Origin: Candidatus Thorarchaeota archaeon
GTDB lineage: Archaea > Asgardarchaeota > Thorarchaeia > Thorarchaeales > Thorarchaeaceae
Direction: 5' to 3'
Length of the DNA: 64,000 nucleotides
NCBI GenBank assembly: GCA_048882325.1
Contig: JBHLRS010000016.1
Span: forward strand, 1 to 64,000
Every line of letters begins with the position of its first letter. Position 1 is the stretch's first letter. The translations under genes and the position numbers were made by a program. A model generated the notes under the pieces. It saw only the letters and a list, made by a program, of their open reading frames with translations, was not told the origin of the DNA and ran no database searches. Positions 1 to 8,302 of the stretch are shown piece by piece.

Positions 1-108
1 AGGCATAGGAATCGCGCATTGAAGCTCACAATCCACAGCTTTCTCGTATTCAGTGCATCCATTCTCGTGTTGGAAAATTCTCTTAGTCCTTTTCTGGGTC
101 TTCCTTAA
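1..108 (+). CDS. Possible 3' end of a membrane protein (partial)
   Basis: Frame 1 is open from the window edge (RHRNRALKLTIHSFLVFSASILVLENSLSPFLGLP) to TAA at 106-108; converges on the thioredoxin gene. Confidence 0.35.
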   Translation, partial: RHRNRALKLTIHSFLVFSASILVLENSLSPFLGLP

Positions 109-127
109 TGTCTAGATGCTCCTCAAA

Positions 128-583
128 TTAGACATAGCTGCTGTTGTCAATTCCACTACCAACTAGCTTTTCCAGCACCATGTCGTAATCAGCATAAGAT
201 CGCAAACCTGGAATCTTTCCCAAAGGTTTCCCATCCTTGAATGCTATCACCATTGGGACTGAATGCACTCCAAATTGTGTGGTGGTCCTTCTGTTTTGGT
301 CGATATCAATCTTAGCGAAGTAGACTTTGCCTTGATAGTCCTGCGCGAGCTCTACAAAGATGGGAGCTAATACCTTGCAGGGACTGCACCACTGACCAAA
401 AAAGTCAACGAGTGCAAACTTAGTGTGCTGAATGGTAGACCAGAAATTCGTATCTGTTAGCAGGTTCACTTGTCCGTTTGCCATCGGCTCCAATGGTTTT
501 GGTTTTTGAGCTTCTTTAGCACGCTCCATGAGAATCTGCATTTTTCGACGTCGGATCTCTTCAAGTTCGTCATCATTCAGCAC
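128..583 (-). CDS. trxA: Thioredoxin with N-terminal charged helix
   Basis: VDFFGQWCSPC active site and cis-Pro SVP motif; N-terminal DDELEEIRRRKM helix typical of archaeal Trx; GTG at 583 follows a GAGGTG RBS (ORF track start is 619). Confidence 0.9.
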   Translation of the reverse strand: MLNDDELEEIRRRKMQILMERAKEAQKPKPLEPMANGQVNLLTDTNFWSTIQHTKFALVDFFGQWCSPCKVLAPIFVELAQDYQGKVYFAKIDIDQNRRTTTQFGVHSVPMVIAFKDGKPLGKIPGLRSYADYDMVLEKLVGSGIDNSSYV

Positions 584-767
584 GAGAACACCTCTGACGG
601 ATGTGCATGTTTCTTGCACAACCGGTTAAAAAGTCTTTGATAGATGAATGAGCTACAAGTCACTGTAGAACTAATCAGATTCCACTATTATCTTCTTTAA
701 CGGTTTTGAATATTACCTTTTCAATTCGGTTTATATCTTGGAGCCACTCACTGGTGAATGACCAACA

Positions 768-1700
768 GTGAATGAAGGACAAAGTAAGAATCCGCTCAGA
801 TACTACGCTATGCTTGTGGTTGCGATGGGTTTCTGGGGAGGTAGTTGGCCTTCTGGGAAGATCATTGTTGGTATAGCGCCACCAATGACTATCGGGTTCT
901 TGAGGTTTCTCACAGCTAGTATTCTCTTCCTAGTGCTTTTGCTTGCAACTGAATCCGAACCCAGACGCATTTTTCGAAGATCAAACTTTCGGATTCTCTT
1001 CTTAGTCGGTTTTACAGGCATATTTGGATATGGAATCCTCTTCCTCACTGGGATGAGATTCACCACAGCAGCTCAAGGCGCGATCATAGCAGGCTTCAAT
1101 CCAGCTACAGTTAGTATCGTGGCACACATCTACCACAAAGAACGGTTGTCCAAACGATGGCAGTATGTTGGATTCTTCTTAGCCTTCCTCGGAGTGATAT
1201 TTGTCGTAGGCGTTCAAGCTCTTCTTGATTTCAACTTGGAATATCTCGTTGGAAATCTCATCATCCTTACAGCTATGTTTACGTGGGGAATCTATTCCTC
1301 TATTGGAAAAGAAGCCATGAAGACGCTCTCACCACTTGAGGTCACCACTGGTGGATCAATTATTGGAGCATTTCTTTTTGGAATGGGCGCGATAACTGAA
1401 GGAATATGGGCACTACCTGCATTGGTCAATCCCGTGTTCTGGATAAATATACTCTACCTTAGTGTGTGTGTGACGTTTATCGGTTTCTTGTTTTACTTCA
1501 TTGGCATCAAAGAACTTGGAGCCACACGAGCAGGAGGCTTTACCAATTTGATCCCTGTCTTTGGCACTGTATTTTCCTATCTTCTCCTTCAAGAATTGAT
1601 ATACTGGACCTATGGTATAGGTCTACTTCTTGTTGTGATGGGGATAGTGATAATCAATTTCCCAAACAGCAATGAAACTGACATTGCGGAACAGACTTAA
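768..1700 (+). CDS. DMT/EamA family transporter
   Basis: About 10 TM in two repeats; FWGGSW, G..FLRF and 'GATRAGGFTNLIPVFG' motifs. Confidence 0.9.
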   Translation: MNEGQSKNPLRYYAMLVVAMGFWGGSWPSGKIIVGIAPPMTIGFLRFLTASILFLVLLLATESEPRRIFRRSNFRILFLVGFTGIFGYGILFLTGMRFTTAAQGAIIAGFNPATVSIVAHIYHKERLSKRWQYVGFFLAFLGVIFVVGVQALLDFNLEYLVGNLIILTAMFTWGIYSSIGKEAMKTLSPLEVTTGGSIIGAFLFGMGAITEGIWALPALVNPVFWINILYLSVCVTFIGFLFYFIGIKELGATRAGGFTNLIPVFGTVFSYLLLQELIYWTYGIGLLLVVMGIVIINFPNSNETDIAEQT

Positions 1701-1754
1701 CGAAACTGAAGTCAGCAGGGATTCAGTATTCAAAATCGTTGAAGGGAATAACTC

Positions 1755-3269
1755 ATGGAAGCATATGATGATCTACTTTACAGAATGAAGGAATACATGC
1801 TTCTCTATAGCGCTACGCAAATAGTTCAATGGGACTACGAAACGTACATGCCTCCTAAAGGACTGATATTGCGAAGTGAGCAAATGTCGGTTTTGGAGCA
1901 GACTCTACATCGAATGAGTACCAATCCTGAGATTGGCAAGCTCCTTGACACAGCAGAGAAGAACTCTAGCAAACTGGACGATGTTCAGAACAGGAATGTA
2001 TTCATTATCCGTAGAGAGTATGACAAAAAGACTAAGATTCCTGAGGAGTTGGTCGCAAGAATTGCAAAGCAGACAACTATTAGTTTGGAAACTTGGAAGA
2101 AGGCCAAGTCATCCAGCAATTGGAAACTCTTCGAACCTGAGCTCAAAAAGACGATTGAGCTCGCAAGAGAACGTGCAGAGATAGAGATGAAAGTCAAGGG
2201 AATTCCAATTCTCTATGATAGTATGCTTGATGAGTTTGAGAGAGGAATAACTTCCTCGCAAATAACGAAGGTCTTTGGTGAACTTAGAAACGAATTAGTA
2301 CCATTGGCAAAGAAATGCGCAGACGCTTCCACGGATGTTGACTCGTCCTTCCTGAACAAGCTTGTCCCGATAGACATTCAGAGAAAAATAGCAACCGACC
2401 TAGCAACTCTGGTGGGTTACGATACTGTGAGCGATAATGCAGGTGGGCGAATTGACGAGGTTGAACATCCGTTCACAACTGGATACTACGATGATGTACG
2501 AATCACTGTCAAGTATCATAAGGACAATGTTTCTTCTGCTATCTATGCCATACTGCATGAGGCTGGACATGCGCTTTACGAACAGAATTTGAATCCAGAG
2601 TGGAAGTATACTCCAATTGGAGTGAATGCATCATACGGAATCCATGAAGCTCAATCACGATTCCTAGAGAACATGATAGGGAGATCTCCAGAATTTCTGA
2701 AGTTCTATTTACCTAAACTGAAAGAACTTACGGGAGGATCATTTCCAGGTGTGGATGACACCACATTTGTAAAAGCAATGAATCTAGTTGAACCCTCACT
2801 TATTCGGATTGAGGCTGATGAGGTCACCTACTCTCTACATATCATAATACGATTCGAAATAGAAAAGGATCTCTTTGCAGACAAAGTCAGTGTATCAGAA
2901 CTTCCTCAGCTCTGGAATGAAAAATACAATGAGTATCTTGGTATGGATGTTCCAAATGATGAAAAAGGTGCACTTCAGGATACTCATTGGGCAAGCGCGT
3001 ATTTTGGATATTTCCCAAGTTATGCCTTAGGTAACATCTATGATGGAATGTTACTCGATAAGCTGCAACAAGACATTCCTACGTGGTTAGATGATGTGGA
3101 GAACGGCAATGTTCATACAGCCATCGATTGGATGAAGAAGAATGTTCACATCCATTCAGCGAGGTATGATCCAGCTGATTTGATAGTGAAGGTGACTGGA
3201 AAGAAACTAACTGCTAAACCATTCCTGAAGTATATTGAAAATAAGTACTCAGCACTATTAGAATTCTAG
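1755..3269 (+). CDS. Carboxypeptidase M32 (carboxypeptidase Taq family)
   Basis: HPF, DVRIT, HEAGH, HEAQS, IRIEADE, GALQDTHW and GYFPSYALG motifs. Confidence 0.95.
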   Translation: MEAYDDLLYRMKEYMLLYSATQIVQWDYETYMPPKGLILRSEQMSVLEQTLHRMSTNPEIGKLLDTAEKNSSKLDDVQNRNVFIIRREYDKKTKIPEELVARIAKQTTISLETWKKAKSSSNWKLFEPELKKTIELARERAEIEMKVKGIPILYDSMLDEFERGITSSQITKVFGELRNELVPLAKKCADASTDVDSSFLNKLVPIDIQRKIATDLATLVGYDTVSDNAGGRIDEVEHPFTTGYYDDVRITVKYHKDNVSSAIYAILHEAGHALYEQNLNPEWKYTPIGVNASYGIHEAQSRFLENMIGRSPEFLKFYLPKLKELTGGSFPGVDDTTFVKAMNLVEPSLIRIEADEVTYSLHIIIRFEIEKDLFADKVSVSELPQLWNEKYNEYLGMDVPNDEKGALQDTHWASAYFGYFPSYALGNIYDGMLLDKLQQDIPTWLDDVENGNVHTAIDWMKKNVHIHSARYDPADLIVKVTGKKLTAKPFLKYIENKYSALLEF

Positions 3270-3365
3270 TTTCAACGGACCTTTAATTCAAACACGCATC
3301 AGTCAGTTTTGGCTAAGAGTTATCTTTGTTCATGCCAAATTCAAATCAGAGGGTTACAACGAGAA

Positions 3366-3881
3366 ATGGCCTTAGGAAATTCGGAGAACCTAGGTTCGTA
3401 CAACTTTTGGAGACCTTTACTTGCGATAAGCAACTTTGGGATTCTGCTCTGGTATGGAGCAGGTCTGATGAGAATTACAGCTGAACTATGGGATTATATC
3501 TTTGTGCTTGTCGGTTGTTATTTTACACTGAAGTTCATTCGTTATATGACAATGGCGCATAAATTCAAACAGACTAGAGCTAGACCAAAGGACATGGATG
3601 AATTTCCTGTCAAAGGAATCTATGCTAGAATCCGTCAACCTGTTTCTTCTGCCATTATCTACATGAATTTGGCATATGTCTGCTTTTATCGGTCGTTTGC
3701 TATGATACCAGTGGTTTCTGCGTTCATTGCAGTGTGGTATTTCATTGCTCGATATGAAGACCAACTGATGCTCGCTCAATTCGGGGATGAATACAAAGAG
3801 TACATGAAGTCAACAGCAATGATACGCGGAGGTAGTGAGGAACAGCAAAGATTAGCATCGTCTGGTTATGACATGTACTAA
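3366..3881 (+). CDS. Isoprenylcysteine carboxyl methyltransferase/PEMT-family membrane protein
   Basis: Several TMs, GIYARIRQP (GxYxxxRHP-like) and EDxxxLxxFGDEYxEY; ATG at 3366 is likelier than TTG at 3309. Confidence 0.75.
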   Translation: MALGNSENLGSYNFWRPLLAISNFGILLWYGAGLMRITAELWDYIFVLVGCYFTLKFIRYMTMAHKFKQTRARPKDMDEFPVKGIYARIRQPVSSAIIYMNLAYVCFYRSFAMIPVVSAFIAVWYFIARYEDQLMLAQFGDEYKEYMKSTAMIRGGSEEQQRLASSGYDMY

Positions 3882-3885
3882 TCTA

Positions 3886-4641
3886 CTAATCCACAATCTC
3901 AGGTTTAGGCAAGGAAATTTTAGAAACTACGTATGAAGCACCTAGAAATTCTACATGACCACCTATCAGTGTGATATCTCCACCAAGGTCGACAAGTCTG
4001 AATTGAGCAATTTCAGACTCACCTGCTTTAATAGTTCCAAGTCTTTGCATTCTAAATGATCCAGTGGATGTATTGATGTCAGCTGGCAGATCAAGATCAA
4101 CGACAACCATGTCGATCTGGTTACTGCTTCCATTGTTTACAATCACATCTAGAATTAGCTCATCCCTAGCACGTTTGATGATTGATTGTACTTTCACGCC
4201 TGATGCTTCAACACTAGCACGTGTTCGCTCTCTCTCTTCCTCGACCTTAGACTCTGTCATCTGATGTTGTGTAGTAGATATTCTCTGAGCTCTGGTTCTC
4301 GCAGCTCTATCTGTGGGCGCTTTTCTTGCTGAAGAAGATGTACTTCCAAATACCCAGCTAAGAAAGCTAGGGGCCTCATAAATAACGAACACGAGACCTC
4401 CAATAATCATTGCTGTCCACACAACTGTGTTAAGAAACTGTCTCCTGAAGACTTGGTCCTCAAATGCTCTATAGACTGGTTCGAAAAAACCTCTGACAAT
4501 AGGTCCCAAAATTGGTCCCAAGAAATCCTCTAGTTCCTGCCAGAATTCGATTCCGAATCTAGCTATGGATGTATTATTGCTTGGCAGAAATAACATACCA
4601 AGTGTGGATATCGTTTCTATGCCTCCGACCATGATTTCCAT
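3886..4641 (-). CDS. Membrane protein with C-terminal Ig-like beta-sandwich domain
   Basis: One clear TM, a charged helix, then a V.V.N.....I..V.V.L.LP...LGTIKAGES pattern. Confidence 0.6.
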   Translation of the reverse strand: MEIMVGGIETISTLGMLFLPSNNTSIARFGIEFWQELEDFLGPILGPIVRGFFEPVYRAFEDQVFRRQFLNTVVWTAMIIGGLVFVIYEAPSFLSWVFGSTSSSARKAPTDRAARTRAQRISTTQHQMTESKVEEERERTRASVEASGVKVQSIIKRARDELILDVIVNNGSSNQIDMVVVDLDLPADINTSTGSFRMQRLGTIKAGESEIAQFRLVDLGGDITLIGGHVEFLGASYVVSKISLPKPEIVD

Positions 4642-4710
4642 CTGCTCAAATAGAACAACGGTTTCTTTGTGAGCATTTACTCATGAATGGTTATTAATCT
4701 TGCATCACAT

Positions 4711-5499
4711 TTAAGCAGGTAATGAAAAAACGTCTTTGAAAGTGCTACTCTGGTAACATGCCTTTACACACTTACCACAGATATCTTTCACAATACCTTT
4801 CGACTGAAGATGTATAATGTACTTCCTGCAATTCTCACGATAGTCTGGGAGCTTCTCACGGTTCTTAATGAAAGTGCATACATCTTCACATGCACTGCAG
4901 GTCCCACATTTAGACTCCTGTTTCTCACCGCAGTCAAGGAGGAACGGAGCAATCACCGTTGCAAATCTTATTGCACAACTGAACCTGTCATGGATTACGA
5001 GCTGATTTTTTCCCCTCCAGCCAATTCCTGAGTTCTCAGCAACGACGCGATGCGATATGACCATACCAAAGTAATCTTCGACATGATTGATCTTGTTAAT
5101 TATACCACCTATGGTAGCAGTCAATGGAATGCCATCGAATTTTGTAGCTATATCTTGTGATAGTTGATTAAGTAGTTGATTGATTCTGTCATACTCCAAG
5201 GCATATTTGTTCCAAAGATCATAGTCGACTCGTCCCTTCAGTTCCGAGTTGATATAACTCATTACCGGATTTCGATAGGATACACAAATACTGATCATGG
5301 AACCTTCTTTCATTAAGGACTCGAATCTTCTCCCGGCGATTTCTTGTAGCTTCTCCTGTTGGATGGGCATCAGTTCCTCATAGACAGTCCGGAATCTGGT
5401 GAATCCAATGTCACCTTCCTCACCTGATGAATTCAGAAGCTGAAAGTAGTAGTCCTTTATCTTCTCCGAGCGCTCAATCACTTCGTCATGACTGCTCAT
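4711..5499 (-). CDS. QueG/epoxyqueuosine-reductase-like 4Fe-4S protein
   Basis: ISHRVVAENSGIGWRGKNQLVI, CGTCSACEDVC and ICGKCVKAC motifs. Confidence 0.75.
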   Translation of the reverse strand: MSSHDEVIERSEKIKDYYFQLLNSSGEEGDIGFTRFRTVYEELMPIQQEKLQEIAGRRFESLMKEGSMISICVSYRNPVMSYINSELKGRVDYDLWNKYALEYDRINQLLNQLSQDIATKFDGIPLTATIGGIINKINHVEDYFGMVISHRVVAENSGIGWRGKNQLVIHDRFSCAIRFATVIAPFLLDCGEKQESKCGTCSACEDVCTFIKNREKLPDYRENCRKYIIHLQSKGIVKDICGKCVKACYQSSTFKDVFSLPA

Positions 5500-5640
5500 G
5501 GGTTGTTACCTCTTTTTTTTCTGACGAAATTCTTCCTTAAGGTCTTGTTGAAAGAAAGTAACAAGCTCCACAAGAGTAATTACCAGTTTAATCCTCGAAC
5601 TAATGGGATGTAAGAGCAAGGAAGCTCGGGAGTTTCATAT

Positions 5641-7152
5641 ATGGAAGGATACGAAAAACTATTGAAGAAGACCCGAGAGATGCTTCAGTTCCAGACAGGT
5701 CTTGGAATCATCCGATGGGATCTTCAGACACACATGCCGCCACGGGGTATGAAACAGCGTTCTGAGCAATTGGGATTAATGAGTAAGATACTCCACCGAA
5801 TGTCAACAGATGAGGGGATAAAGAAGCTAATTGTGGAGCTCGAGAAAAACACTGATAGTCTTGACCTAGTGCAGAGGCGAGAAGTTCAACTGGTAAAAAG
5901 GAGATTCACTCGGTCAGAAAACATTCCTGAGGAAGTAATTGCGAGAGAATCAGCACAGCGGACATTGGCAATAGCAGCTTGGAGGAAAGCAAAGGAAATC
6001 AACAATTGGAAGATTTTTGAGCCTGAGTTACTAACCCTTCTGGAAATTACAAAAAGCATGTCTGAAATCATGATGGAGAATATAGGAGCAAAATCCATGC
6101 TTGATGCTCAGATGGATATGTATGAACCTGGACTGACAATAGACACATTATCCAAAGTCTTCAAAGACTTGAGGAAGAAGCTTGTGCCGCTAGTTGAGAA
6201 ATACAGCGCTATTTGTGAGGAAGTTAAGACTGACTTCATGAGCCGCGAGGTTCCTTGTAGCATTCAGAAGAAATTGATCACGGACTTGACAGGAATCATT
6301 GGATTCGATACGACATCTGATGATGCAGGAGGAAGAATAGACGATGCTGAACATCCGTTTACTACTGGGTATTATGATGATGTCCGATTGACAATCAAGT
6401 GTTCTGAAGATGATATTTCGCGAGTCATTTTTGGAGGACTTCATGAAACTGGACACGCATTATACAATCAGAACAACAATCCGGATTGGAAGTGGATGAT
6501 ACTTGGAAAGACCTGTAGCTCTGGATTTAGCGAATCACAAGCAAGATTTGCTGAGAATATGATTGGAAAATCACACGAGTTTTGGGAGTTTTATTATCCA
6601 CGTTTTCAGGATATGACCGGTGATTCGTTCAGAAAAATTTCACAATTGGAATTTCTCAGAGCCATCAATCTTGTTAGACCGACGAGTTTTCGAATGATGG
6701 CTGATGAGGTGACCTACTGTCTCCATATAATAATCAGATTCGAAATTGAGAGAGCCCTATTTGATGAAAGGATTGAGGTTTCTGAAATTCCCGACATCTG
6801 GAATTCAATGTATGAAAAGGACTTAGGGATTGCAATAGACACGGATACTGATGGTGCACTTCAAGACATGCATTGGGCATGGAATATGTGGGGATATTTC
6901 CCAACCTACGCCCTCGGCAATCTATATTCTGCGATGTTAAGTGAAAAACTTACAATGGATATTCCTGAATGGAGGAATCATATGTCTAAAGGAAATCTGG
7001 AATCGACTGTCAAGTGGCTCATAGAAAATGTACATCGGAAATCATGTATGTTTGACCCACAAGATTTGCTAAAGGATATTACAGGAAAAGCTCTGACTGT
7101 AGATCCATTTATCCAGTATCTAGATGTGAAGTTCTCAAAAATCTACGACTGA
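5641..7152 (+). CDS. Carboxypeptidase M32, second paralog
   Basis: HPF, DVRLT, HETGH, ADEVTY, GALQDMHW, GYFPTYALG; colinear with 1755-3269. Confidence 0.93.
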   Translation: MEGYEKLLKKTREMLQFQTGLGIIRWDLQTHMPPRGMKQRSEQLGLMSKILHRMSTDEGIKKLIVELEKNTDSLDLVQRREVQLVKRRFTRSENIPEEVIARESAQRTLAIAAWRKAKEINNWKIFEPELLTLLEITKSMSEIMMENIGAKSMLDAQMDMYEPGLTIDTLSKVFKDLRKKLVPLVEKYSAICEEVKTDFMSREVPCSIQKKLITDLTGIIGFDTTSDDAGGRIDDAEHPFTTGYYDDVRLTIKCSEDDISRVIFGGLHETGHALYNQNNNPDWKWMILGKTCSSGFSESQARFAENMIGKSHEFWEFYYPRFQDMTGDSFRKISQLEFLRAINLVRPTSFRMMADEVTYCLHIIIRFEIERALFDERIEVSEIPDIWNSMYEKDLGIAIDTDTDGALQDMHWAWNMWGYFPTYALGNLYSAMLSEKLTMDIPEWRNHMSKGNLESTVKWLIENVHRKSCMFDPQDLLKDITGKALTVDPFIQYLDVKFSKIYD

Positions 7153-7210
7153 ATCAAACCTAAAAGAAAATGAGGAGCTAAGACTTCATCACAATGGTTT
7201 GTGATGATCA

Positions 7211-8092
7211 ATGTTAAGATACGATGGAAGTATATGGCGACCTCCTAGTGAAGCTAGAAGTCTCATTCTGCAGGCGACAGTAGGATGCTCTCATAATGCT
7301 TGTATCTTCTGCGTGTCCTATAAGCAAAAAAAGTATAGAGTTCGTGGTTCGCAGGGAGTTCAGGCTGATCTTGAATCATTACCTGATAGCTACAAACAGA
7401 GAGTACGACGAGTGTTTCTCGCGGACGGGAATGCTTTAGCCATGTCAACTAGTGAACTGATTGATACACTCGATAAACTGAAACCCGTGTTACCTAGTTT
7501 GGAACGTGTTGGGATTTATGGTTACGCAAAGGATGTCAGTGACAAGAGTATTGATGATCTAAGGAAAATAAAGGAGGAAGGTCTAGGCATCGTTTACTTA
7601 GGGCTAGAAACAGGAGACGATGATTTGCTTCGCTGGTCACGGAAAGGTGTGGACTCTGAAGAAAACATGGCTGCATGCAAGAAGATTCGAGAAGCAGGGA
7701 TTCCATTGTCACTCACAGTCATCCTCGGACTTGGTGGAATAGAAAACTCTGAACAACATGCGAGGGCAACAGCCAGAGTTCTAAATGAAATTGATCCAGA
7801 GTATGTTGGTGCACTTACTTTGATGACCCCCCCGGGAACACCAATCAGTGATATGATTCAGAAAAAAGAGTTTGAACCTATGGATCCAATGGATATACTA
7901 AGAGAACTCGAGATACTTGTGAAGGAACTTGATCTCACAAATTGTATTTTCAGAACAAATCACGCGTCGAATTACCTTCCCATTGGCGGAATCTTGAATG
8001 CAGACAAAGAAGCAATCCTGAAGGTCCTATCGAGTACCATTGGTAGTGGTGACTCAAGCAAGCTGCGTCCGAGTTATTTACGTGGACTCTGA
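7211..8092 (+). CDS. Radical SAM protein
   Basis: CSHNACIFC cluster motif; RPPSEA..LILQ.T.GC, FLADG.AL, YLGLETG and HASNY. Confidence 0.92.
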   Translation: MLRYDGSIWRPPSEARSLILQATVGCSHNACIFCVSYKQKKYRVRGSQGVQADLESLPDSYKQRVRRVFLADGNALAMSTSELIDTLDKLKPVLPSLERVGIYGYAKDVSDKSIDDLRKIKEEGLGIVYLGLETGDDDLLRWSRKGVDSEENMAACKKIREAGIPLSLTVILGLGGIENSEQHARATARVLNEIDPEYVGALTLMTPPGTPISDMIQKKEFEPMDPMDILRELEILVKELDLTNCIFRTNHASNYLPIGGILNADKEAILKVLSSTIGSGDSSKLRPSYLRGL

Positions 8093-8110
8093 GCTGAAAA
8101 GAAAGTGAGA

Positions 8111-8136
8111 ACTTGAGTGGATTGCTCCACTCAAGT
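8111..8136 (-). terminator. Hairpin followed by U-rich tract on the minus strand
   Basis: Perfect 11-bp IR ACTTGAGTGGA-ttgc-TCCACTCAAGT, then TCTCACTTTCTTTT on the minus strand. Confidence 0.6.
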
Positions 8137-8204
8137 GATGGCCTGCACTAAATCGTCACTATCATGCTCCTCACAACCATATGGTTGGCTATCTCGCGGT
8201 TATG

Positions 8205-8239
8205 GTTATAAATCTGTCAAATGAATGATTTTACTAGAA
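8205..8239 (-). repeat. 35-bp repeat containing a TATA-like box (copy 1; copy 2 at 10973-11007)
   Basis: gttataaatctgtcaaatgaatgattttactagaa vs gttataaatttgtcaagtgagcagttttactagaa, 29/35 identical. Confidence 0.75.
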
Positions 8240-8256
8240 GTGAAAAAGAAGGGATG

Positions 8257-8285
8257 GACTTGAATGGAATGACTCCATTCAAGTC
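8257..8285 (-). terminator. Terminator hairpin of the 8303-10870 gene
   Basis: Perfect 12-bp IR GACTTGAATGGA-atgac-TCCATTCAAGTC just past the stop, followed by CATCCCTTCTTTTTC. Confidence 0.7.
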
Positions 8286-8302
8286 ACGTGTGGTTATGTA
8301 AG

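Noticed and set aside
4711-5499. Reductive dehalogenase
   Set aside because: Short, with no Tat signal or RdhB anchor; fits a generic QueG-like Fe-S protein
8111-8285. CRISPR mini-array or box C/D sRNA
   Set aside because: Only two hairpins about 146 bp apart with no cas genes; C/D boxes are imperfect and wrongly spaced
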